DNA of 64,000 bases, taken from positions 21,654-85,653 of the forward strand of contig JAQBNG010000127.1 of the NCBI GenBank assembly GCA_028288675.1, read 5' to 3'. Below, one piece after another: positions 9,602 to 20,053 of the stretch. The position numbers and the translations under genes were made by a program. Under the pieces are notes generated by a model that made no database searches, was not told the DNA's origin, and worked only from the letters and a program-made list of their open reading frames with translations. The stretch's first letter is position 1; each line of letters begins with the position of its first letter. The DNA is from Flavisolibacter sp. Its GTDB lineage: Bacteria; Bacteroidota; Bacteroidia; Chitinophagales; Chitinophagaceae.

Positions 9602-9820
9602 GGTTTTAATTTTTTTAACTACTATAAAAATGGTGTGCCACTATAAATCGTTATAAATCATTGCCTCTTTTTTTAAATAAATTTCTAACTGAGGTATTCT
9701 TTGCACGAAGCCTTTTTAATTACACAAATGGATAGCTTGTCTTAAAAGAAAAAAAGTTTGATTGTTTGTATTCTTTTCTTAAATGACGAGCGGCATGATT
9801 GTTCCTTTTTGAAAAACTAT

Positions 9821-10582
9821 ATGATCGTTAACTACAGTGAAGACGGCTGGGAAGTAATTACGCAACGGGCCCATGGCATATTGGCCGCAGCATTTGCGCT
9901 GCACTGGAAAAAAGCGCAACGCCCTGACCGATGGATGGAAACCCTGCTTGCCATTGCCGAACACGATGATGCTGAAGTGGAACTTGATGGCGAAAACCTC
10001 CTGACCGAAAAGGGTGGTCCACTAAATTTTGACATGAAAGTTTTTGACCTGGCGCACTGCGAAAAACTAAGCCGGCTAACGGTTACCAAGAGCCGCTACA
10101 TTGCTTTGTTGACTTCTATGCATACCGAGTTTTTATACCGCAAGGAGGAGAAAGATAACAGTGAGGCCAAAGCATTTTTAGCGAAGCAACGAACGCTGCA
10201 AACGGCATGGAGAAAAGAATTAAAAATGAGCAAAGAAGAAGCGGAAAAAATTTACGCATTAATGGAATGGTGCGATGCCTGCTCCCTTATTGTTTGCCAG
10301 AAACAAATGCCACCCGAACAAAGAGCGGTCGAAATAAGTCATGGTCCGGATAAGGAAAAATATCGTTTATACCAGCTTAATAAAAACCAATTAACGCTGG
10401 AACCCTGGCCATTTGAAACACCATCATTCAAGGTGCAGTATGAGTCAAGAACAATCAGCCAGCTACAGTTTTCATCATCGCAAGAATTTAGAAAGGCTTT
10501 TTTAGAAGCGCCGGTTAAAGAAACGGAGTGGCAAATTGTACAAAGAAAAACACCGAAGAAACTAAAGATGACAAAAGTGTAG
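9821..10582 (+). CDS. DUF3891-like protein
   Basis: MIV...WEVITQRAHG...AIAEHDD...ALLTSMH metal-binding His/Asp pattern. ATG 9821 preferred over the track start at 9758. Confidence 0.65.
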   Translation: MIVNYSEDGWEVITQRAHGILAAAFALHWKKAQRPDRWMETLLAIAEHDDAEVELDGENLLTEKGGPLNFDMKVFDLAHCEKLSRLTVTKSRYIALLTSMHTEFLYRKEEKDNSEAKAFLAKQRTLQTAWRKELKMSKEEAEKIYALMEWCDACSLIVCQKQMPPEQRAVEISHGPDKEKYRLYQLNKNQLTLEPWPFETPSFKVQYESRTISQLQFSSSQEFRKAFLEAPVKETEWQIVQRKTPKKLKMTKV

Positions 10583-10675
10583 AAGCGGAATAACAATAGA
10601 GCGCAGTGATTAAGTATAAAAAAATGCTTATGAAAGATGGCAACCTTTTAAAAAGAGTAACGAGAGATGAAAAAC

Positions 10676-10975
10676 TTACAATAGCATCTGCTCTTCTTTC
10701 TTCAATTGTTTGTCAAATACAAATGTTCCGAAAGGAAGAAACGCTGCTACAAAAGCGGCCGCCAGCTTTTTAAACGGCCAACCTCTTTGATCGTATACCC
10801 GCAAGGCCATTAACATAAATAAAATAAACAAGGCTCCGTGTGCCCATCCAACAACTTTTACAGCACCTGGCTGGTTCCAGATATATTTTAAAGGCATGGC
10901 AATGAAAAGTAAAAGCAGTAACGAAATACCTTCTGCAAATCCAATACGGCGTAGCCACTTTAATGCGTTCATCAA
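10676..10975 (-). CDS. DUF3817 small membrane protein
   Basis: AEGISLLLLLFIAMPLKY...VGWAHGALFILF...AAFLPFGTF. Confidence 0.85.
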   Translation of the reverse strand: MMNALKWLRRIGFAEGISLLLLLFIAMPLKYIWNQPGAVKVVGWAHGALFILFMLMALRVYDQRGWPFKKLAAAFVAAFLPFGTFVFDKQLKKEEQMLL

Positions 10976-11447
10976 TTGAATAGTTTGTTATATAGAGTAC
11001 AAAACTAAGGGAGTATTCATGTGAAGAGGCATGTCATTCTTAATAACAAAGCATAAAAATAAGCGGACGTTAACTATGCATAACCAGGTATAAGCTGATT
11101 TCGATGCCACCCTTTTTAGGCTTGATTTTACTAGCGCAATTTTCAAAGTGTTACCTACAATATACCGGGAACCTGGATTAGAATAACCCTTTTTTCAGAG
11201 GTTTTATAACCGGAAGTAATTCAATGATGAATCCAACGTTTATTTAAAGAATGCCTTACTGCGTTTTGATGAGCGGGAAGATGAACAGCGCATTTAACCT
11301 GGACGACCGTGCCTGCTTTTTCAGCGTCTGCCGGCAACCCAAAAGTTTACCTGCGTTTGCCACTAGCCAGTTTTCCTAAAGGATAAAATAAGATTGGCTT
11401 TACACCGGTTAAAGGACAATGCTTATCTTCCAACAAACTTTTACAGC

Positions 11448-12791
11448 GTGAAAAAAACAATCACTTTACTATCCATTGTAACTCTATATTATAGTGCCAC
11501 TGCACAAAAAGATATGAGTGCCGCCTTCCAAACCGCCGCTGCCAAAATAGAACCTAAGTGCATTGCCTGGCGCAGACAATTACATGCTAATCCTGAATTA
11601 GGTAATCGTGAATTTAAAACAGCAAAGCTTATAGCCGATCATTTGCGTTCGTTAGGTATAGAAGTAAAAGAAGGCGTAGCGCATACCGGCGTGGTAGGTA
11701 TTCTCCGTGGCGGCAAACCCGGCCCGGTGATTGGCTTGCGTGCCGATATAGATGCACTGCCGGTAACAGAACGTAATACTGCTTTACCATTTGCTTCTAA
11801 ACAAAAAGCACAATACAACGGACAGGAAGTTGGCGTGATGCATGCCTGCGGTCATGATACGCATGTGGCCATGCTGCTAAGTGCTGCAGAAATTTTGGCC
11901 GGTATGAAAGCTGACTTGAGCGGCACTATAAAATTTGTTTTTCAACCGGCAGAAGAAGGCTCTCCAAAAGGCGAGGAAGGCGGCGCGGAATTAATGATTA
12001 AAGAAGGCGTAATGGAGAACCCTAAGATTGATGTGATGTTTGGCCTGCACATTAGTTCGCAAACCGAAGTAGGAAAAATTACTTATCGTCCCGGCGGGTT
12101 TTATGCGGGTGTAAATGATATGAAGATCACTGTAAAGGGACGTCAGTCGCATGGTGCCGCTCCCTGGAATTCTATTGACCCTATTGTTGTATCGGCGCAA
12201 ATTATCAATAGCCTGCAAACAGTTGTGAGCCGGAATTTAGACATCACAGAAAATGCCGGCGTGGTAACCATTGGTGCAATTAATGGAGGTAATCGCAGCA
12301 ACATTATTCCAGAGCAGGTAGAGATGTTAGGCACTGTAAGGTCTTTGACAAATGAAGATGAAAAGATGCTGATTGACCGGATAAAAACCATCGTTACTAA
12401 AACCGCAGAAGCGGCAGGGGCAACCGCCACAGCCGAAATTCCATACAGTTCGCATTATCCTGTCACTTATAATAACGAAGGGCTGACTGCTTTGATGTTG
12501 CCTTCGTTGCAACGGGCAGCAGGCACTGCAAATGTTTCTACCATTCCACCAAAAACCGGCGCAGAAGATTTCTCTTTCTATGGACAAAAAGTGCCGGCCT
12601 TGTTTTTTAATGTAGGCGGTATGCCAAAGGGAGGCGATAAAAAAACAACGCCTTCTCACCACACACCTGATTTTTTTATTGATGAAAGCGGCATGCAAAC
12701 CGGCATTAAAGCGTTTTTGTATTTGGTTACGGATTATATGAAGATGAGCAGCGATAAAAGCTTTACCAAACCTGCAGTAAAACCGGTTTAA
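11448..12791 (+). CDS. M20D family amidohydrolase, exported
   Basis: RRQLHANPELG, RADIDALP, MHACGHD, FQPAEE, AEDF, HH motifs. Signal peptide after GTG 11448 (the track starts at 11394). Confidence 0.9.
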   Translation: MKKTITLLSIVTLYYSATAQKDMSAAFQTAAAKIEPKCIAWRRQLHANPELGNREFKTAKLIADHLRSLGIEVKEGVAHTGVVGILRGGKPGPVIGLRADIDALPVTERNTALPFASKQKAQYNGQEVGVMHACGHDTHVAMLLSAAEILAGMKADLSGTIKFVFQPAEEGSPKGEEGGAELMIKEGVMENPKIDVMFGLHISSQTEVGKITYRPGGFYAGVNDMKITVKGRQSHGAAPWNSIDPIVVSAQIINSLQTVVSRNLDITENAGVVTIGAINGGNRSNIIPEQVEMLGTVRSLTNEDEKMLIDRIKTIVTKTAEAAGATATAEIPYSSHYPVTYNNEGLTALMLPSLQRAAGTANVSTIPPKTGAEDFSFYGQKVPALFFNVGGMPKGGDKKTTPSHHTPDFFIDESGMQTGIKAFLYLVTDYMKMSSDKSFTKPAVKPV

Positions 12792-13654
12792 TGAAGACTA
12801 TCCTTTTTCTTTTAGCGGCTTTTATTGCCGGCTTAAACCTATCTGCACAAAAGATAGATAAGAAGCTACAGAAGCAGGTAGAAGAATTATTGAAAGGCTT
12901 CAACGGTGACGTTGGCGTATATATAAAAAATTTGAAGAACGGAAAGACAGTTGCTATTAATGCTGATACGGTTTTTCCTACGGCCAGCATGGTGAAGATC
13001 CCGATACTGACTGGCGTGATGGAAAAGATGAATCGTGGTGAATTGGGTTATCATCAATCACTCACGTATAAAGATTCTTTGTTGTATGCCGGTGTAGATA
13101 TTTTGGGCTCGTTTAAGAATGAAGAGAAGATTGACCTAAGCAAAGTGTTGATGCTGATGCTGACGACCAGTGATAACACTGCCTCTCTTTGGCTGCAAAG
13201 CCTTGCCGGTGGTGGCAAACGAGTAAATGAAATTTTAGACAGTTTGGGCTTTGTTTCAACAAGGATAAACTCCCGCACACCGGGCCGCGAAGCTATCCGT
13301 AATATTTATGGCTGGGGCCAAACTTCGCCCCGGGAGATGGCGACGCTGATGGAAAGGCTTGTTAATGGAGAAATTATCAGCAAAGAACGCAGTGCACAAA
13401 TGCTTCGTTTATTAGGTAGAAATTATTGGGATGAACAAGCGGTTTCGCAAATACCATCAGATGTTTTTATAGCGAGTAAGAATGGTGCCGTAGATGAAAG
13501 TAGAAGTGAAGTGATTTTTGTGAATGGACGCAATGCGAGATATATTTTTTGTATTTGCACAAAAAGAATTAAAGATCAAAGTTGGGAACAAACGAATGAA
13601 GCCTGGGTGCTGACGAGGAAGTTATCGAAGATGTTATGGGAGAAGTTTGAGTGA
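12791..13654 (+). CDS. Class A beta-lactamase-like serine hydrolase
   Basis: SxxK (SMVK), SDN and KNG triad variant, signal peptide. TAATG overlap with the M20 gene. Confidence 0.85.
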   Translation: MKTILFLLAAFIAGLNLSAQKIDKKLQKQVEELLKGFNGDVGVYIKNLKNGKTVAINADTVFPTASMVKIPILTGVMEKMNRGELGYHQSLTYKDSLLYAGVDILGSFKNEEKIDLSKVLMLMLTTSDNTASLWLQSLAGGGKRVNEILDSLGFVSTRINSRTPGREAIRNIYGWGQTSPREMATLMERLVNGEIISKERSAQMLRLLGRNYWDEQAVSQIPSDVFIASKNGAVDESRSEVIFVNGRNARYIFCICTKRIKDQSWEQTNEAWVLTRKLSKMLWEKFE

Positions 13655-13769
13655 AAGCTCTCTTTTTTGAAGAGGAGGATATGTTTGTGTCGATTGCAAG
13701 CTTTTACATGACTAAGGGCTTCTACTTCTTCGAAAATTTCATTCATGGAACAAAAGATGGTTGAGAAGT

Positions 13770-13801
13770 ATATGCCGGCTGATTGTCATCGGCCGGCATA
13801 T
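13770..13801. terminator. 14-bp hairpin between convergent genes
   Basis: ATATGCCGGCTGAT-TGTC-ATCGGCCGGCATAT. Confidence 0.6.
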
Positions 13802-13828
13802 TGGCAATGTTGGCTGTTTCTATTCTTC

Positions 13829-14641
13829 TTACTGCGCTATCGCAACCGCTGATTGTTTACAAATTTCTTCTAATATCACTACTAACTTATCCGGCATAGA
13901 GAAGAAAGGCGAGTGGCTGCTTTTCAAAGTATAAATCTTTTTGCAAGGCACATTCGTGGCGATTTTGTTTTTATCAAAATCTTTTGCATCAGTACATAAG
14001 ATGTAATATTTGGGTATGGCTCCGTAATTTTTCTCTGTTACATTCACAGGAGTCAGTTGTGTTACCATTGGCTGTGCGCCCAGATTGGCTTTCGCATAAA
14101 CAACATCTGCCTCAGAACAATCGTGGTAAAGCAGGTCCTGAACTTTGTTTAGGTTTAGCGTACTGGATTTATTATCGGCTGAAAATATCATGCTTTCGGC
14201 CAGGGCCGCGCCTTTATTTGGATACTTTTCCACCAGCGAAAAAACGGTTTCACCGTTCTGTGGCATGAATGCGTCAAGGAAAACAAGTGACAAAACTTTT
14301 TCCAGCGTTAAGCGTTCTGCTGCCTGCGCGATGGGTAATCCGCTGCTGGAATGTCCTAGCAGGATAACAGGACCTTGTATGCTGTTTGCGGCATTAATCA
14401 CTTTATTCACGTAGTCATCAAATGTTACCGAAGCGACAGGCGTTTTGTCTGCTCCGTGGCTGGGCAAGTCAATAGCAATTGCCTTTATTCCTTTTTCTTT
14501 TAAAAGTGGCAGGACTTTGTTCCAACACCAGGCACCATGCCATCCGCCATGAACTAAAATAAATGTAGGGTTTGCCGGTTGTGCAAAGAGTTGGGTTGTC
14601 ATAAATAAACTTATTAAGGTGAAGACATAAATACATTTCAT
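13829..14641 (-). CDS. Exported alpha/beta hydrolase of the methylesterase/SABP2-like group
   Basis: LVHGGWHGAWCW, nucleophile elbow GHSSSG, FLDAF, HSPFFS. Confidence 0.85.
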   Translation of the reverse strand: MKCIYVFTLISLFMTTQLFAQPANPTFILVHGGWHGAWCWNKVLPLLKEKGIKAIAIDLPSHGADKTPVASVTFDDYVNKVINAANSIQGPVILLGHSSSGLPIAQAAERLTLEKVLSLVFLDAFMPQNGETVFSLVEKYPNKGAALAESMIFSADNKSSTLNLNKVQDLLYHDCSEADVVYAKANLGAQPMVTQLTPVNVTEKNYGAIPKYYILCTDAKDFDKNKIATNVPCKKIYTLKSSHSPFFSMPDKLVVILEEICKQSAVAIAQ

Positions 14642-14714
14642 AATTCAAAGGTTGAAGTACAAAGTTGAAATGGAAAGGGAGCAATGAGTGGTAAAAAAAG
14701 GACTTTTTCTATGT

Positions 14715-15572
14715 TTACAAAGAGCCTGTAAACCTGTTTCTGTAAATGGTTTTAGTCAGGCCCAATATATTTTCAGGCGACATGTTTTCCAGTGAATGAA
14801 GTTCTGGCGGTGTAAGGCCGTTGAACTCCTTATAATCTTTTGCAAGGTGTTGGTAGTCGCTATAGCCACATTGCACAGCAATGGCGTTCCAGGTTTTGCC
14901 AGGGTAACAATTCCGGATGTTATAGGCCCTGTTCAGCCGTAGTATCCTTGCATAGGTTTTTGGGTTGAGGCCGACCCTTTCTGCAAATTTCCGTTTGAAT
15001 TGCTTGGTGCTGTAACAAGCTTGTTTTGCCAGCCAATCCATTGATACATTACCGTGATTGCGCACTATTTGCTGGCACGCAGCATCTACTAAAATCAGCT
15101 CTTTTTTTGCCTTTACAACAAGGCTGGAAGTAAAGACTTCAACAATATTTATCATTTCCATATAATCCGTGGCCTCCCGCAATTGAAAAAAAGTAGACTG
15201 AACAGTCGTTGGGAAAATAAGCTTTGCCTCCAAAAATTGATTAGTTAATTCCGTTGCCGGTATGCCTGTCAGTTGAAAAACTGCAGAAGGTTGAAAGACA
15301 ATCTGGACATCAATAAAATTATGTGCGGTAAAATGGTTAGCGAGGGACGTTTGTTGTGCTGTAAACAGAATGGAAGGTGGTTGGTACTTGCTTCTTTCTT
15401 TTGTTTCGATGAGGAATGGTTCCTTCAGAAAAAAATGAAGCGTCTGTTCGGGTTTAGGAGGGTAAGCTTTGTAGGGAACGGGTTGAAGGGGGTCAAAACA
15501 AAAATGAATAATACGGAAGCATTTTACATACAGCCTGAGAGCAGGAGAAGGTAAGAAGTCCTTTAACAACAT
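14715..15572 (-). CDS. AraC family transcriptional regulator
   Basis: C-terminal double HTH: LAKQACYSTKQFKRKFAERVGLNPK...IAVQCGYSDYQHLAKDYKEFNG. Confidence 0.9.
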   Translation of the reverse strand: MLLKDFLPSPALRLYVKCFRIIHFCFDPLQPVPYKAYPPKPEQTLHFFLKEPFLIETKERSKYQPPSILFTAQQTSLANHFTAHNFIDVQIVFQPSAVFQLTGIPATELTNQFLEAKLIFPTTVQSTFFQLREATDYMEMINIVEVFTSSLVVKAKKELILVDAACQQIVRNHGNVSMDWLAKQACYSTKQFKRKFAERVGLNPKTYARILRLNRAYNIRNCYPGKTWNAIAVQCGYSDYQHLAKDYKEFNGLTPPELHSLENMSPENILGLTKTIYRNRFTGSL

Positions 15573-15758
15573 AAAGCACTTAGTTCAATTTGTAACTAAA
15601 GTTATTCTTATTTAGAAGGTCTTCCTAACATGCCCGTTAAGTGTTACTGACGCAACTTCTTGCTTAAGCTTTATTCATTCTTTCGATTCAAATAGAACAA
15701 GATGCTTTGCTCGATAGCGATAAGAACCCTGAAAGCAAAGCGGCACAAAGCAGTCTTT

Positions 15759-15956
15759 TTATTGTCTACGGATGCTTTTAGAAAAAAATCTTACTGAGAA
15801 AAAGAGTAGTGCAATTGCAACCGCAACAAACAAAAGCCCTTTTTCAGAAATCTTAACAGGAGCATTTAGAAAGGTTGTATTTAGTAAAACTACTAAGCCA
15901 GCGACAAGGAATACAACGCCAAGAAACAATTGTTTTTCAGAAGTTTTTGTACGCAT
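15759..15956 (-). CDS. Small two-helix membrane protein, hypothetical
   Basis: ATG start, two hydrophobic stretches, basic tail; fills the intergenic gap downstream of feoB. Confidence 0.5.
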   Translation of the reverse strand: MRTKTSEKQLFLGVVFLVAGLVVLLNTTFLNAPVKISEKGLLFVAVAIALLFFSVRFFSKSIRRQ

Positions 15957-16089
15957 AAAATGAGTTTCAATAAAAATACGAATTACTGAAACTTATCCCA
16001 ACTCGTATATAGTTACCGACGCAACAGATGCCTTATAGTAGCACTTCAACTGGGTACAAAAAGAAAAAACAAACCATCATTCCGTCTCC

Positions 16090-18231
16090 TCACTTCAACA
16101 ACTGGTACGCAATAAAACTCATTAAATAAGCTATCCCCGTCATGTAAATCAATTGTATCACCGGCCATTTCCAGGTTCTTGTTTCCCGCTTTACAATCGC
16201 TAATGTACTCATGCACTGCATGGCAAAAAGGTAAAAAACCATCAGCGATACACCACTGGCAACTGTAAATAAAGGAGTGCCGTCACTCTTTTTAGCAGTG
16301 GCCATTTTCTCACGGAGTAACATTCCCTCCTGCTCTTCTGATGCACTGAATAAAGTAGCCATCGTGCCTACAAAAACTTCTCTTGCGGCAAAGGAGGTAA
16401 CCAGCGCAATACCAATGCGCCAATCATAACCCAGTGGCTTCACTACCGGCTCTATGCTTTTACCTAAAATACCGGCAAACGAATTTTCGAGTTTGGCCGT
16501 GTTCAGTACCATTTGCAAAGAATCTTTTGCACCGGGGTTTTGGGCCATTTGCTGCTCATACTTTGTATCTAAATCAGCCATGCGGCCCGATGGCCCGAAG
16601 GAACTTAAGGCCCAAAGAATAAGGGAGATGACCATAATAATTTTACCGGCATCCACTACAAAAATGCGGGCCTTGCTGATCATAGTTTGCACCACGGTTT
16701 TTGCCCGTGGCGGACGATATGTGGGCAACTCCAGAATGAAAAAGCTCTTTTCTTTTATATGAATGAACCACTTGGCGATGTACGATACAAGCATGGCCAT
16801 TGCAAAGCCCAGTAAATAAAGTCCCATCATGATCATGGCCTGCAAACTAAAAAAGCCTAAGTAGTACGTATTAGGAATAACCAGCCCGATAAGGATCGTG
16901 TAAACCGGTAATCGTGCCGAGCAACTCATTAACGGGGTAATCAAAATAGTAAGCAACCGCTCCTTCCTGTTCTCAATATTACGGGCACTCATAATGGCTG
17001 GCACGGCGCAGGCAAAACCGCTTATCAGGGGCATCACACTTTTACCATTAAGGCCAACGCTGCGCATCAATCTATCCGTTAAAAAAGAAATGCGGGCCAT
17101 GTAACCCGTATCTTCTAAAATGGTAATCAATCCAAACAGGATCATGATCTGCGGCACAAAAATCATGATGCCGCTTAAGCCTGCTACAATTCCATTCACC
17201 AATAAATCACTAAACCAGCCAACAGGTAACAGGTTATTCAGCCAACTGCTGGCGTAAGAAAATCCTTCCTCTATCCAGGTCATGGGATATTGGGCTACAT
17301 AAAACACCATTTGAAAAAGCAGGAATAAAACAGAAAGCAAGATCAGGTACCCCCAGGTGCGGTGAAGCAGTATGTCATCCAGTTTAGCGGTAAAACGTTT
17401 TTGTTCTTTAGGGTCAGGCTCTGTTACCGACGACTGCATAATTTGCTTGATGCGCTGGTAGCGTTGAAGAATTTCGGTAGCCTGTGTTTTTGTATGATTG
17501 AAGGCATGTTTTTCTTCAATGCTTTCTATGGTGGTTTGTAAACGGCTGTCTAAGTCAAATTCTTCATGATTGATCAAATAATGAATGGCCGAATAATCGG
17601 ATGCACCGGGAATAGCAAGTTGCAGATCATCAATAGACGCAGCAGCTAATTCTTTGTTCTCAATAAAATCACGAACAGGTATTTTGTATTGATTGGAAGC
17701 TGTGAGTTCAATGGTTCTTTTTAACTGCGTAATCCCTTTGTTCTTTCTTGGGTTCACGGCTACCACCGGTACGCCTAATTCTCTTTCCAGTTGCGGCAGG
17801 TCTATTTCAATCCCTTTTCTTTTGGCAATATCCGCCATGGTTAAAACAACCACCACCGGCATTTTCAAATCCATGATCTGCGAACAAAAAAGCAGGTTAC
17901 GTTTCAGGTTGCTGGCATCTACCACCACCACAAATACATCGGCCTTAATGTCTTTATCCTGGTTTAATAATACGCGGTAGCTTACCCATTCATCTAACCG
18001 CTTTGGGTACAGGCTATACGTTCCGGGCAGGTCAATAATATTACCCGTAATAGCAGAAGAGATGGAACTTGATCCTGTTTTTTTATCAACCGTTACACCC
18101 GGAAAATTTCCCGTGCGCTGGTTTAGGCCGGTAAGAACATTGAATAAAGAAGTCTTCCCGCTGTTGGGGTTACCGACTAAAGCTATATGAACAATTTTTT
18201 TCGTCACGGTGAAGCTTGCAAATTTAGCCAC
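16090..18231 (-). CDS. feoB: Ferrous iron transporter FeoB
   Basis: GNPNSGKT, NFPGVTV, DLPG G-motifs; GFACAVPA and MSCSARLPVY gate motifs; AAREV. The start may be GTG 18207. Confidence 0.97.
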   Translation of the reverse strand: MAKFASFTVTKKIVHIALVGNPNSGKTSLFNVLTGLNQRTGNFPGVTVDKKTGSSSISSAITGNIIDLPGTYSLYPKRLDEWVSYRVLLNQDKDIKADVFVVVVDASNLKRNLLFCSQIMDLKMPVVVVLTMADIAKRKGIEIDLPQLERELGVPVVAVNPRKNKGITQLKRTIELTASNQYKIPVRDFIENKELAAASIDDLQLAIPGASDYSAIHYLINHEEFDLDSRLQTTIESIEEKHAFNHTKTQATEILQRYQRIKQIMQSSVTEPDPKEQKRFTAKLDDILLHRTWGYLILLSVLFLLFQMVFYVAQYPMTWIEEGFSYASSWLNNLLPVGWFSDLLVNGIVAGLSGIMIFVPQIMILFGLITILEDTGYMARISFLTDRLMRSVGLNGKSVMPLISGFACAVPAIMSARNIENRKERLLTILITPLMSCSARLPVYTILIGLVIPNTYYLGFFSLQAMIMMGLYLLGFAMAMLVSYIAKWFIHIKEKSFFILELPTYRPPRAKTVVQTMISKARIFVVDAGKIIMVISLILWALSSFGPSGRMADLDTKYEQQMAQNPGAKDSLQMVLNTAKLENSFAGILGKSIEPVVKPLGYDWRIGIALVTSFAAREVFVGTMATLFSASEEQEGMLLREKMATAKKSDGTPLFTVASGVSLMVFYLFAMQCMSTLAIVKRETRTWKWPVIQLIYMTGIAYLMSFIAYQLLK

Positions 18232-18341
18232 CGGCTACCGCATAGCTTTACGAGATTGGAAGTTTTAAGGCCGCATTAGGGAAAATAAACGGATGAAAAA
18301 AATGTGGTTTATCGCTGTCAAACCTTTGAAGGACGGTATTT

Positions 18342-20027
18342 TTGCCGTCCGCTATTATAAAATCAATCATCGTGTTTACAAGAATTATTTTCTGCTTTTT
18401 TATTTTTGCAGGCTGCGCTACACAAAAGAGTGCCACAAGTGTAACCGAACCCGCCATTGCTAATTTAAAAAGTCATATTGAATACCTGGCAAGCGACAGC
18501 CTTGAAGGCCGCCGTACGGGAACGGCAGGCGAAAAGCTTGCTGCCACCTACATTGCAGCGCAATTTGAAAAAGCCGGTCTGCAGCCAAAAGGAACTAATA
18601 GATTTTATCAGCGCTTTAATGTAGCCGAAGGAAAAGAGATCGCTTCTTCAACCATTTTATCAATCAACGATAAAACGTTAACTCTAAACAATGATTTTTT
18701 TCCGCTGGTTTATAGCGCCAATAGCACCATCAATGCCAGGCCTTCTATTTCTTTAATGGAAAGAGGCGAGCCGTGGTTTTTTAATTTAAGCGAAACGTTG
18801 AATGAGAATAAAGCCAACCCGCATTTTAATGTGGCCGATGCCATCATAAGTAAAGCGAAGGATGCCGCACAAAAAGGCGGCACTGCTTTGTTTGTTTATA
18901 ACACATCCAAACAGGATGACGGTGTAAAGTTTGAAGCAAAGGATAAAACCGAAACCCTTTCTATCCCCATTATTTATATTACCAAAGATGCCGCTAAAAA
19001 ATATTTTAGTGATGCTTCTGCTTCCCTGAAAATATCGGCAACGGTTGCTGTAAATGAAGCCAGCCGCAACGGTTCTAACGTAGTTGGCTACATTGATAAC
19101 GGCGCTGCCAGTACTGTTGTTATCGGCGCCCACTTCGACCACCTGGGTTACGGCGAGGACCACAATTCAAGATTTACAGGAACCGATAAACAAATACATA
19201 ACGGCGCCGATGATAATGCAAGCGGAACCGCAGCCCTGATAGAATTAGGAAGGGTACTGAAAGTTTCCGGCTTAAAAAACAGCAACTATTTATTAGTCGC
19301 TTTTTCTGGCGAAGAATTAGGTCTCTATGGTTCAAAATATTTTACGCAAAATCCTACTGTTGATCTAAGCAGCATCAACTTTATGATTAACATGGACATG
19401 GTTGGGCGATTAAACGATTCAACCAAAACAATAACCGTTGGCGGTTACGGCACATCACCAACATGGGGTGAATTATATAACCGAACCGGAACCGAAGGCT
19501 TATTTGAAGCGGCGCAATACCGCTTCGACAGCAGCGGCACAGGCCCAAGCGATCATACTTCTTTCTACTTAAAAAATATCCCGGTGCTTTTTTATTTCAC
19601 CGGCCTGCATACCGATTATCATAAGCCCACAGATGATTTTGACAAGATCAACTACAACGGCGAAGCGGCTATTGTAAAACATATTTACAGCTTGCTGCAG
19701 GCAACCGATAAGATGAATGCCAAACTGCTTTTTACAAAAACAAGGGAAACGCAAACAGGTACTACGGCAAGGTTTAGCGTAACACTTGGCATTATGCCCG
19801 ATTATACGTTCAATGGAATTGGCGTACGTGCCGATGGAGTAAGCGAAGGCAAGCCGGCGCAAAAAGCAGGCTTACAGGCCGGTGATATTATTACCGCCAT
19901 TGGTGATTATAAAACAGTAACGTTAGAAAGCTATATGCAAACGCTTGGCAAGTTTAAAAAAGGAGAGAAAACAACAATTACTTACACAAGGGCAGGAAAA
20001 GCTTTTGTAACTACAGCAGAGTTTTAG
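18342..20027 (+). CDS. M28 family aminopeptidase lipoprotein with C-terminal PDZ domain
   Basis: AHFDH, NGADDNASG, GEELG, DMVG, SDH, YH motifs; LGIMPDY PDZ; lipobox FAGC. Confidence 0.9.
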   Translation: MPSAIIKSIIVFTRIIFCFFIFAGCATQKSATSVTEPAIANLKSHIEYLASDSLEGRRTGTAGEKLAATYIAAQFEKAGLQPKGTNRFYQRFNVAEGKEIASSTILSINDKTLTLNNDFFPLVYSANSTINARPSISLMERGEPWFFNLSETLNENKANPHFNVADAIISKAKDAAQKGGTALFVYNTSKQDDGVKFEAKDKTETLSIPIIYITKDAAKKYFSDASASLKISATVAVNEASRNGSNVVGYIDNGAASTVVIGAHFDHLGYGEDHNSRFTGTDKQIHNGADDNASGTAALIELGRVLKVSGLKNSNYLLVAFSGEELGLYGSKYFTQNPTVDLSSINFMINMDMVGRLNDSTKTITVGGYGTSPTWGELYNRTGTEGLFEAAQYRFDSSGTGPSDHTSFYLKNIPVLFYFTGLHTDYHKPTDDFDKINYNGEAAIVKHIYSLLQATDKMNAKLLFTKTRETQTGTTARFSVTLGIMPDYTFNGIGVRADGVSEGKPAQKAGLQAGDIITAIGDYKTVTLESYMQTLGKFKKGEKTTITYTRAGKAFVTTAEF

Positions 20028-20053
20028 TAGCTTACCTTTTATACCCTATCGTT

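Noticed and set aside
10976-11447. Roughly 470-nt intergenic region as a possible decayed gene or riboswitch
   Set aside because: Translations are riddled with stops with no recognisable family, and I found no convincing conserved RNA structure by eye.
12791-13654. Antibiotic-resistance beta-lactamase
   Set aside because: KNG triad variant, no clear catalytic omega-loop Glu, and coupling to an amidohydrolase. Activity cannot be assumed.
16041-16110. Short direct similarity CACTTCAAC..TGGTAC next to the feoB stop
   Set aside because: Only about 15 nt with gaps, compatible with chance.
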